Source: Candidatus Iainarchaeum sp.
GTDB taxonomy: Archaea > Iainarchaeota > Iainarchaeia > Iainarchaeales > CSSED10-239
Direction: 5' to 3'
Assembly (NCBI GenBank): GCA_028700115.1
Contig: JAQVTI010000009.1
Coordinates: forward strand, 4,841 to 36,840
DNA: 32,000 nucleotides
The notes below the pieces were generated by a model. That model did not search any database. It was given only the letters and a program-made list of their open reading frames with translations, and was not told the origin of the DNA. Position 1 is the first letter of the stretch; the number at the start of each line of letters is the position of its first letter. Positions 18,112-26,817 of this stretch are shown here, in pieces. Position numbers and translations under genes: made by a program.

Positions 18112-19056
18112 TTATTCCTCTAAAAGATATTTTATGAAGTTATGTGTATTTTTAATTACTTTTGTTTTATTTTCAATAAATATACTTGCATCTTTATCAG
18201 TATCTACATTTAAATATTTGTTTACATCTAAAATATATTTATTTTTTAAATTAATATGAGTTGTGAATTGGTTATAAACATAATTAACTTTATCTTTATT
18301 TAATTTTAATTTTATATTTTTTTTAAGATTTATTAAATGTAGTGATAATTCATTTATTAATTTATTTGGATTTATGGTTTTATTATTTTTCATAATTAAA
18401 AAATCATTTATTTCTTCTACTTTAAATATATGTCCAAAAAAGCTAATATCTGGTTTTTTTATATAATTACTTATTAAAATATATTTTTGATTATTAATAT
18501 TATATTCTCTATATAATTTCCCATTAAATGTGTATATGTTAAATCCAACTCCTCTAAAAATTGGAAAATAAATTTCATTTAAATTATCTAATAAAAATAC
18601 TGTAGAATAATATAATTCTCTATTTTTAATAAATCTACCTAATTTTAAGTCTTTATTTGGATTTAATTTTAAATCCATTGTTTTTTCTAATGTTATGTCT
18701 TCATATTTATCAATTAAATAAGTTATTATTTTTTTAAAATATTTTTTTTGTGTAATTTTATTTGTTTTTTTATTTATTAACATTAGTAAATATGATCTTA
18801 ATTCAAAAAAAGAAATATTTGATATATTATTATCAATATAATCTTTAAGATATGGTGTGAAATTTTCTGCGAATATATTAGAAATTATGGTTGATGATAA
18901 TGGCCAATTATGAATTGTAGAACCAGATATACATAGATAAAACATATCTTTACTTATTTTATTACAAATTTTATTTATTAATTTCTTTTCCATGTTATTC
19001 TGCCTTATATTTAAGTAATATATATTTATTTTCTTTAAAATAAATTTCAACACCAA
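18112..19056 (-). CDS. Uncharacterised protein, 'WP/FFGH' family (paralogue of the 3203..4225 product)
   Basis: NKICNKISKDM...IHNWPLSS, IYFPIFRGVGFNIYTFNGKLYREYN, and ISFFGH...NKLINELSLHLINLKK align with locus 1. The true start may be the internal MEKKLINK. Confidence 0.75.
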   Translation of the reverse strand: MVLKFILKKINIYYLNIRQNNMEKKLINKICNKISKDMFYLCISGSTIHNWPLSSTIISNIFAENFTPYLKDYIDNNISNISFFELRSYLLMLINKKTNKITQKKYFKKIITYLIDKYEDITLEKTMDLKLNPNKDLKLGRFIKNRELYYSTVFLLDNLNEIYFPIFRGVGFNIYTFNGKLYREYNINNQKYILISNYIKKPDISFFGHIFKVEEINDFLIMKNNKTINPNKLINELSLHLINLKKNIKLKLNKDKVNYVYNQFTTHINLKNKYILDVNKYLNVDTDKDASIFIENKTKVIKNTHNFIKYLLEE

Positions 19057-19561
19057 TATTTATTAAATCTATTGCCCTTATAGGTAATAAATTTTCACAT
19101 AAAATTTTATTTTTGTAATTATTAGATAAATTTTGCCAATAATTATTTATAAATTTATTATATTCTAAATTACTTAATTTTTTCTTAATTTTATTTAGGA
19201 TTTCAGTTTCTTTTTTTTTATTAATTGAAATTATATGATAAAAAATACCTTTGTCTTTTAATAATGATTTACATTTTTTAATAAATTTTATGCCATTATT
19301 TTTGAAATATATATCATTAAATAAATTTACTGAATATATTATATCATATTTTGTTTTATTAAAATTATATTTTAAAAAATCTGATTTTATATAATGTATT
19401 TTTTTTGTTTTTAAATTATTTATTTGAATTAAATCTAATAAAGTTATTTTATGGCCTTTATTTAATAATTTTAAATAGTTTTTATTGTTATTAACCCCTA
19501 TTTCTAATATATTTAAATTTAAAGTACTTGAAATATCATTATATATAATATCATATAACAT
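18995..19561 (-). CDS. Class I SAM-dependent methyltransferase-like
   Basis: LNILEIGVNNNKNYLKLLNKGHKITLLDL...KYDIIYSVNLFNDIYF...FIKKCKSLLKDKGIFYHI. Confidence 0.75.
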   Translation of the reverse strand: MLYDIIYNDISSTLNLNILEIGVNNNKNYLKLLNKGHKITLLDLIQINNLKTKKIHYIKSDFLKYNFNKTKYDIIYSVNLFNDIYFKNNGIKFIKKCKSLLKDKGIFYHIISINKKKETEILNKIKKKLSNLEYNKFINNYWQNLSNNYKNKILCENLLPIRAIDLINIGVEIYFKENKYILLKYKAE

Positions 19562-20696
19562 ATTTATCTTTTATTTTTATGATTTTGTTAAATAATTTAT
19601 TGGTTACCGTACATAAAGGATCTGATCCTAAAAGTTCTTGTGCATAGATACAACCTCCATATCTTGCACACAAAGAATTATTTTTCAAATAACAATTTTT
19701 ACAATCGTTTATTTTATAAGAATTATATAATTTGTTTTTTATATTATATATTTCTTTTAAATCATTAATAAACTTTATATTTCCTAATTTATGTTTTTCT
19801 AAACCTACAAATCTATTACATAAGTAAATGTCTCCATTATTATTAATACCTAACATATTATCTTTAGTAATACAACTAGTAGTAAATCTACAATTAGGTA
19901 AAGGCATATTAAAAAAAATAGCATCAATATAACTATCAAAATCTTTTATAGTAATTTTTTTATTTTCTAAATAATAGTTAAAACAATCGTATAAGAATTG
20001 CACATATTTATTAACTAAATTATTATCTACAATATTTTTTCCTCTTCCTACTGGATACATTAAATTTATTTGTAAATCTACATTTAAATTATTATAAAAA
20101 TCTATGTAATTTATAGGTTTTATTTTGTTTACAGTAAAATTATTTAATGTAGATAATACATTAAATTTATTCTTATTTTTTTTAAGTATATTAATACCTC
20201 TTATAACTTGATTAAAAGAACTAAAATCATTTTTATTAACTCTATATTTGTCATTAATAAATTTTGGTCCATCTAAACTTACCCCTATAGCAAAATTATT
20301 TTTTTTAAAAAATTTAGAATAATCTTCATCTATTAAAGTTCCATTTGTTTGAATTTTATTTACAAAATGAATATTTTTTGGGAATATATCTTTTTGTAAA
20401 TCAATTATATTTTTATAAAAATCTAACCCAGCTAAAAGTGGTTCTCCTCCATGCCAGGCATATTCTAAAGTTAGAAATCGCGGATTATATTTTTTGACTT
20501 TATTTATATCTTTTTTAGAATATATTGAATTTATATAATCTAAATTTTTATAAAATTCATTAATAGTTAAATTAAATATTTTTTTAATTACATCTATAGA
20601 TATTAAATCATATTTTTGATTGTATGAACCGTATGTATAACAATATTTACAATTTAAATTGCATGCATTTCCAACAGGTCTTATTGAATATCCCAT
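19551..20696 (-). CDS. Radical SAM/SPASM protein, anaerobic sulfatase-maturase (anSME)-like / RiPP maturase
   Basis: RPVGNACNLNCKYCYTYG, YAWHGGEPLLAGLDFY, IQTNGTLI, VSLDGPKFINDKYR, CRFTTSCITKDNMLGINNNGDIYLCNRFVG, and CKNCYLKNNSLCARYGGCIY. Confidence 0.94.
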   Translation of the reverse strand: MGYSIRPVGNACNLNCKYCYTYGSYNQKYDLISIDVIKKIFNLTINEFYKNLDYINSIYSKKDINKVKKYNPRFLTLEYAWHGGEPLLAGLDFYKNIIDLQKDIFPKNIHFVNKIQTNGTLIDEDYSKFFKKNNFAIGVSLDGPKFINDKYRVNKNDFSSFNQVIRGINILKKNKNKFNVLSTLNNFTVNKIKPINYIDFYNNLNVDLQINLMYPVGRGKNIVDNNLVNKYVQFLYDCFNYYLENKKITIKDFDSYIDAIFFNMPLPNCRFTTSCITKDNMLGINNNGDIYLCNRFVGLEKHKLGNIKFINDLKEIYNIKNKLYNSYKINDCKNCYLKNNSLCARYGGCIYAQELLGSDPLCTVTNKLFNKIIKIKDKYVI

Positions 20697-20704
20697 ATTA
20701 TTTT

Positions 20705-20851
20705 TTAATATCCATCTACATATTCATCAGCACCGTGTGCTGTTTTTCTAACTAAATCAAAATAGATATTGTCTTTATCTAATTTATTTTTTTTAAGTAA
20801 TTCATAATTTTTAAACCTACATTTTATTGCATTTGATTCAATTTTAGCCAT
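20705..20851 (-). CDS. Unannotated 48-aa peptide MAKIESNAIKCRFKNYELLKKNKLDKDNIYFDLVRKTAHGADEYVDGY; candidate precursor/substrate peptide
   Basis: Read by hand from the reverse complement: AGGAGG 9 nt before the ATG, stop 8 nt before the radical SAM start codon. First gene of the minus-strand operon; not in the ORF track. Confidence 0.6.
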   Translation of the reverse strand: MAKIESNAIKCRFKNYELLKKNKLDKDNIYFDLVRKTAHGADEYVDGY

Positions 20852-20934
20852 AAATTGATTCCTCCTAAATGTTTTTATTAGTATACATAAGGTTTTTATA
20901 TGTTTCTTTTAAATTTTATTACTTTTTCAATTAA

Positions 20935-21612
20935 TTTTTTAGTTTCTGGATCATTATAAAAATCAGAAACACAAAGGCAGATATTATTAATTTAGTTAGA
21001 GTAGAAACACCTGAAATACCAGAACCTGCTTTAAGGGAATCAATATTAAATGCAATGATTCATAGAAATTATTTTATTCAAGGAAGAATATTAATAGAAA
21101 TTTATGAAAATAGAGTGGAAATATTAAATCCTGGAAAACTATTATTTGATCCAAAAGAATTTGGTAAAGTAAGTGTTTCAAGAAATCCTATATTAGCAGA
21201 TTGTATATTAAGAACTAGTTTGATAGAAAAGATAGGTTCTGGTGTTAAAAGAATTAGAAAATTAGTTCCAAATGTTAAGTTTAATATAGATACAGATTGG
21301 TTTAGTGTTATATTTAAAAGAGATATATCTACTAAAGTGGATAGTAAAGTAAGTGTGGATGCCGGTATAAATGCACCTGTAAATGCACCTGTAAATGCAC
21401 CTGTAAATGCACCTGTAAAATTAAATAATTTACAATTAAACATTATAACAGAAATACGAAAAAATAAAAATATAACTTATGATGATTTAAGTAATATATT
21501 TTCTATACATAGAACTACAATTATGAGAAATATTTCTAAATTAAAGAAATCAGGAATATTAGAAAGAATTGGATCTGATAAAACAGGATTTTGGAAAGTA
21601 AATAAAATTTAA
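20935..21612 (+). pseudogene. C-terminal fragment of a COG2865-type (RecG-like/HATPase_c_4) predicted transcriptional regulator
   Basis: The frame is open from 20935 with no good start: ...IINLVRVETPEIPEPALRESILNAMIHRNYFIQGRILIEIYENRVEILNPGKL... plus a C-terminal wHTH. The N-terminal AlbA_2-like half is absent. Confidence 0.75.
21370..21417 (+). repeat. Four perfect 12-bp tandem units (AATGCACCTGTA), encoding (NAPV)4
   Basis: Direct reading; the linker of the COG2865-like product. Confidence 0.95.
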
Positions 21613-21689
21613 ATTTAACTATTAGAAATTTTTCAATAGTTTAAAAAGAAAGCAATAGAAATATATATTTTTATATTTTATAAAAAAAT

Positions 21690-21850
21690 ATTTTTAAAAA
21701 TCATAATAATATTAACTTACCATAATCTGTTAAAGAAAGATTTCTATTAATTTCATTAACTAGTCCTTTTTCTTTAAAATCTCTTATATTATTATAAACT
21801 GCAGTTCTTCCTAAAGTTTTATTATTTGCAAGTTCTGAAAGAGTTATTTT
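21690..21850. repeat. Duplicate (copy A) of the 3' end of the CARF-wHTH gene
   Basis: Near-identical to 22217-22383. The minus strand encodes KITLSELANNKTLGRTAVYNNIRDFKEKGLVNEINRNLSLTDYGK. Confidence 0.85.
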
Positions 21851-21864
21851 AGATTAAATTTTAT

Positions 21865-21950
21865 AAATTTTTAATTTTATTTATAAGTTTGTGCCTTGCA
21901 AAATATGTTTTATCAAAACACACTTAAATATTACACATAATAATAATATA
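21865..21950 (+). promoter_or_regulatory. 86-bp upstream element, copy A
   Basis: 77/86 identical and ungapped to 29701-29786. Lies 40 bp upstream of the exonuclease-like ATG. Confidence 0.8.
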
Positions 21951-21990
21951 CATTATAATATCATATATTATATCTAGAGATGACCATAAT

Positions 21991-22224
21991 ATGAAAAAAT
22001 TATATTTTGATGTTGAAACTACAGGTTTAAATCCAGAAAAGCACGGTTTAATTCAATTTTCAGGAATAATTGAAATAGATGGTGAAATTAAAGAAAAATT
22101 TAATTTTAAAATAAAACCATTTGACTCTGATTTAATTGAAGAAAGTGCATTAAATGTAAATAATATAAGTAGAGAAGAACTTAATTTATTTACAGAGCCT
22201 AATTTTATAAAAAAAGATTTTTAA
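21991..22224 (+). pseudogene. Truncated DnaQ/RNase T-like 3'-5' exonuclease
   Basis: MKKLYFDVETTGLNPEKHGLIQFSGIIEIDG... carries the Exo I motif (FDVETTG), but the 77-aa frame ends at the duplication boundary before Exo II/III. Confidence 0.75.
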
Positions 22225-22383
22225 AAATTATAATAATATTAACTTACCATAATCTGTTAAAGAAAGATTTCCATTAATTTCATTAACTAGACCTTTTTCT
22301 TTAAAATCTCTTATGTTATTATAAACTGCAGTTCTTCCTAGTTTTTTATTATTTGAATTTGCAAGTTCTGAAAGAGTTATTTT
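22217..22383. repeat. Copy B of the duplication (within the CARF-wHTH 3' end)
   Basis: Near-identical to 21690-21850 with one 6-bp indel. Confidence 0.85.
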
Positions 22384-22835
22384 CTTTTTAGAAATAGTAC
22401 TTAATAGATCATATGCATTTTTATTAATCTCAAAAGAAAGTTTAGGAATTGAAATCATTTTATTTATTTCTTGAGTAAAATATAATATTTCTTTTATTTT
22501 ATTACTTCTTGCATAACAACCAAGCATAATACCAATAGACTTTGTTTTTCTTCCAGAAGTAATATCTCTATATATATTTCATTAATATCTTCATTATATA
22601 CTTTATCTATTTCTTTAATAATTTCCTTTGCGATTTCATAAACTTCATAAACAGAAGTTTTAATTTCTTTAAATTTAATATGTTTAAATGTGTTTTTTAG
22701 TTTTTCTTTAGCTTCTTTTTGATGTTCATCTGGTTTTTTGTCTATTATTAGATAAATCTCTTCAGGATTTATCTTTGTAATAGCTCCAACCATTGGAGTA
22801 AAAGAATATGTGTTTGTGAATAATATTTTTTTCAT
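22228..22835 (-). pseudogene. CARF-wHTH (Csa3/Csx-like) regulator, frameshifted
   Basis: MKKILFTNTYSFTPMVGAITKINPEEIYLIIDKKP...VYNEDINEIYI, then in another frame ITSGRKTKSIGIMLGCYARSNKIKEILYFTQEINKMISIPKLSF plus a wHTH. Break near 22561-22575. Confidence 0.7.
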
Positions 22836-22857
22836 ATTAAATCTTTTTTAAATTATA

Positions 22858-22949
22858 TTTTAATTGGTAACTATATTGTATTTTAATTGGTAACTATATT
22901 GTATTTTAATTGGTAACTATATTGTATTTTAATTGGTAACTATATTGTA
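22858..22949. repeat. Tandem repeat, 4 perfect x 23 bp (TTTTAATTGGTAACTATATTGTA)
   Basis: Units at 22858, 22881, 22904 and 22927, plus a partial fifth from 22950. Confidence 0.97.
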
Positions 22950-23016
22950 TTTTAATTAATAGTAATTGTTTTTAAAAAAGTATTTATTTTTGTAAAAAAA
23001 TACATTTTTTTAAGAA

Positions 23017-23311
23017 CTAGTTTATTAAATCGTATACTAGAGTTAATCCTTTTTTTGTAAGAACTATGATTTTTCCTTTTTTACTATCTTTGTTTTTTAT
23101 AGAAATTAGACTTAGTTTTTCTAGATCTTTTATATTTCTAGAAACATTAGATATATCTATGTTTATAGTTTTTGCAATCTCAGATATAGTTTTAGGCATA
23201 GTTAGAGAAAAAAGTATTTTTTTCTTATTAGGAGAAGAAATAACTTTACCTAGAGTTTCATAATCTGTTTTGATATCTTTATATTTAAGGTTTTTTTAGA
23301 ATTTTTCTCAT
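23017..23311 (-). CDS. wHTH transcriptional regulator (MarR/TrmB-like), N terminus apparently frameshifted
   Basis: TISEIAKTINIDISNVSRNIKDLEKLSLISIKNKDSKKGKIIVLTKKG. The frame stays open upstream without a start codon, and ATG at 23309-23311 lies in another frame with a 7-T run (23291-23297) between them. Confidence 0.6.
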
Positions 23312-23465
23312 CTTTATTTATCATTATATAATATATTATATTTTGTAATAAAAAGGTTTTGTTAATTTGTTAACTTATAGTTATTAATTAATTGTAGTTT
23401 ACTTGTAAGATTTAAAAAGGTTTTGGTACTTAAATATAGATTATATGTTGATTGAAAATAAACAA

Positions 23466-23483
23466 GTTCACTTTTTTGTGAAC
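23466..23483. repeat. Small hairpin GTTCAC-TTTTTT-GTGAAC
   Basis: Perfect 6-bp arms upstream of the surface-protein gene. Confidence 0.4.
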
Positions 23484-23715
23484 AAAGAAGTTTATTTTAA
23501 AAAAATTAAAAAAGGGGATTTTTTAAGAAAAGAAATTAATTTGTAAGGTTATTTTAGAATATATTTTTTTATTCATAGATTTATTTGTTAGCCAGAATAG
23601 ATTTACCTTTTTTTTATATATGTTCTAGAAGATCTTTAATTTAGTTTATTTTTTATAAAAATTTAAAAAAATTAAAATATTCAAAAAAATTATTTAAAAT
23701 ATGGAGGGTATTTAA

Positions 23716-26700
23716 ATGAATAATAAGAATATAAATAATAGTCATTTTCCAAAAATACTATTATCTTTAAGTTTAATCTTTTTCTTTTTATTATCATTTG
23801 GGAATGTATTTGCTGCACCAACAATTACTGTAGATACATTAACTACAAATGATCAAACTCCTGAATTAACAGGAGATATTAGTTTAGATGGAGAATCAAT
23901 TACAAGTATGCAATTAATTTTAGATGGTGTTACTTATGGAGATTCTTCTATTACTAGAACTACAACTACTTGGACATTAGCAGATAATGTGATTACATCT
24001 AATTTATCTGAAGCTACTTATGATGTTGCTGTGCAAATGAACACAAGTGTAACTGGATCTGTAACTGATTCTACATCTGATGAATTAGTAATTGATACAA
24101 CTGCACCTACAGTTTCTATTACATTAAGTGATTATGCTTTAATTGTAGGTGAAACATCAACTGTAACTTTTACATTTAGTGAAGCTCCAATTGGATTTAC
24201 ATCTGATGATGTTATCTTAACAGATGCAAATGGAACTATTGGAGAAATTACAAATGAGGGTTTAGTTTATTCAGGTACTTTTACTCCTACAGATGATTTA
24301 GAAGATGCTGAAAATGTAATTACTGTTGGAACTTCTTGGACTGATGCAGCTGGAAATTCACCAATCGGAACTACAGATTCTTCAAATTATGAAATTGATA
24401 CACAAAAGAACCTACATTATCTATTACATTAAGTGATTATGCTTTAATTGTAGGTGAAACATCAGTTGTAACTTTTACATTTAGTGAAGCTCCAACTGAT
24501 TTTACTGTAGATGATGTAACAATAATTGATAATGGAATTTTATCTGATTTTGCTGTTAATGGTGTAGATTCTAAAATCTATACTGCTACTTTTACTCCTG
24601 CAGATGATTTAGAAGATGCAACAAATATTATTACTGTTGGAACTTCTTGGACTGATGCAGCTGGAAATTCACCAATCGGAACTACAGATTCTTCAAATTA
24701 TAAAATTGATACAAAAGAACCTGTTATTTCTGAAGTTACAGCTGTAGTTACTCCTACAAATGATTCTACTCCTGAATACACTTTTACTACAAGTGAAGTA
24801 GGAAATATGTCATTTACTGGAGGGTGTTCAACTTCAGATACAATTAGTGCTACTGGAGATGCAACAATTACATTTGCTGCATTATCTGATGGAACATATG
24901 ATTGTAACTTAATTGTAACTGATGCAGCTGGAAATGCATCTAATATTTTAAATATAAGTGAATTTACTATTGATGCTACAAGTCCAACATATGAAATTTT
25001 ATATTCAAATAATGGACCTGTAAAATCTGGAGATTCTGTAACTATTACAGCTGAGTTTAATGAAGATGTTAAAGACTCATCTGTTCCACAAATTGAATTA
25101 TCTGGAGATGCTACTGGATTTGATGCTATTAATATGACTAAAACAGATTCAAATACTTATACTTATGTTTGGACTGTTGGAACAGGAGATGGAAATTTAA
25201 TTCCTACTGTCACAGTTGCTGAAGATTTAGTAGGAAATGTTATAACTGAAACAGGATCTACAAAAACTCAAATTGAAGTAGATAATACTTTGCCAACTTT
25301 AAGTTCTGTTACAATTGAATCTAATAATTCAAATACAGCTTATGCAAAAGTTGGAGATGTAGTAACTTTAAGTTTTACTGCAAGTGAAAATTTACAAACA
25401 CCTACTGTTACAATTGCAGGTTATTCTGTGGGTGCAATTTTATCTGAAGGCAGTTATATTGCAGAATATACTTTAGTTTCTGGAGATGCTGAAGGAATTA
25501 TTTCTTTTACAATAGATTTTACAGATACTGCTGGAAATGAAGGTAGTCAAGTAACAACTACTACTAATGAATCTAGTGTTACTTTTGATAAAACTATACC
25601 AATTATCTCAAGTGTTGTTTTAGGTTCTGATGAATATATTAATTCTGATGAAACTACTAGTGGTATAAATATTTTAGTAAATACAACAGGTGTTGAAGAT
25701 TCTCAAACTGTGACTTGTGAATTAACAGATGGAACTACAACTATTTCAAAAATTGGAAGTGTTTCTAGTAATACTGTTACAATTGCAAGTGGTGTTTTAA
25801 CATCATTAAATGATGGAACAATTACAGTAACTTGTGATGTTTCTGATATTTCTGGAAATGCTGCAACTTCTGAAAGTAATACAGCTACAAAAGATACAGT
25901 TGCACCAACTTTAGTTTCTGCAGAAAAAGTTTCTGAAACAGGAATTGAATTAACTTTATCTGAAACAATTACAGATAATGATTCAAATCCAACTGATTTT
26001 ACAGTAACTGATTCACAAGATAATACATTTACTGTAACTAGTCAATCAAATACAGATGGAACAACTATTTTGTTAACAGTTAATTCAATGCATACATCTA
26101 TTGGAGATTTAACTGTAACTTATACAAATAATAATTCAGAAGTAGAAGATTTAGCAGGAAATGATTTAGCAACTGATTCAACTGGAGTTGTTGCTTCAAG
26201 TGTAAATTATTTATCATTTGTTGAAGGTTGGAATTATTTTGCACTTCCAAAAGATACTGAAGATAATACAATTTCTGCTATGTTTAATACAAATCTAGAA
26301 AATATAGAAGTTATTTACAAATATGATTCTGTAAATGAACAATATGTTGCAATGGATAATTCAGACGAATTAGAACTTTTAGAGGGATATATTATAAAAA
26401 CAACATCTGCATTTGATGAAGAAGTTGTTTATGAATTAGATTCTGCATTATATTCTGGAGAATATAGAACTTTAGTTCCTGGAACTTGGAATTTAGTTGG
26501 AAATACTTCTTTAGAAAATAGATCTAGAATGTCATATATTTTGAATTCTTGTGAAAGTACTGTTTCTGAAGATAATCTTTGGGATATGACTGTTCATTAT
26601 AATGAAGCTGGCCAATATGGATTTATACAAAATATACTTTCTTCTTATAATGTAGATTTAATGGATTCATTCTGGGTATATGTTCCAACTTTACCAGATT

Positions 26701-26747
26701 ATCAATCTTGTACAATGCTTTTAAATAGATTAGAGGTTGAAGAATAA
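23716..26747 (+). CDS. Large secreted/surface Ig-like-domain protein, split into two frames by an apparent 2-bp insertion near 24399-24402
   Basis: Signal peptide SLSLIFFFLLSFGNVFAAP, repeated SDYALIVGETS.VTFTFSEAP...TSWTDAAGNSPIGTTDSSNY units of 101 aa, and a C-terminal WNYFALPKD...GTWNLVGNTS domain. The second frame is open from about 24402, well before its first ATG at 24807. Confidence 0.85.
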
Positions 26748-26817
26748 ATCTGTATAAGAAAAGATTTAATCTTTTCTTTTTTTCCTTTTTTTTATAAAAA
26801 AAGGGAGGTTATAAAAA

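Noticed and set aside
21102-21443. Minus-strand 113-aa ORF with GAFT repeats
   Set aside because: Antisense reading of the (NAPV)4-encoding tandem repeat and the COG2865-like fragment.
22858-22949. Considered as a mini CRISPR array
   Set aside because: The 23-bp units are directly contiguous with no unique spacers, so this is a tandem repeat and not a CRISPR.
23066-23263. Plus-strand 65-aa ORF
   Set aside because: Antisense to the wHTH gene.
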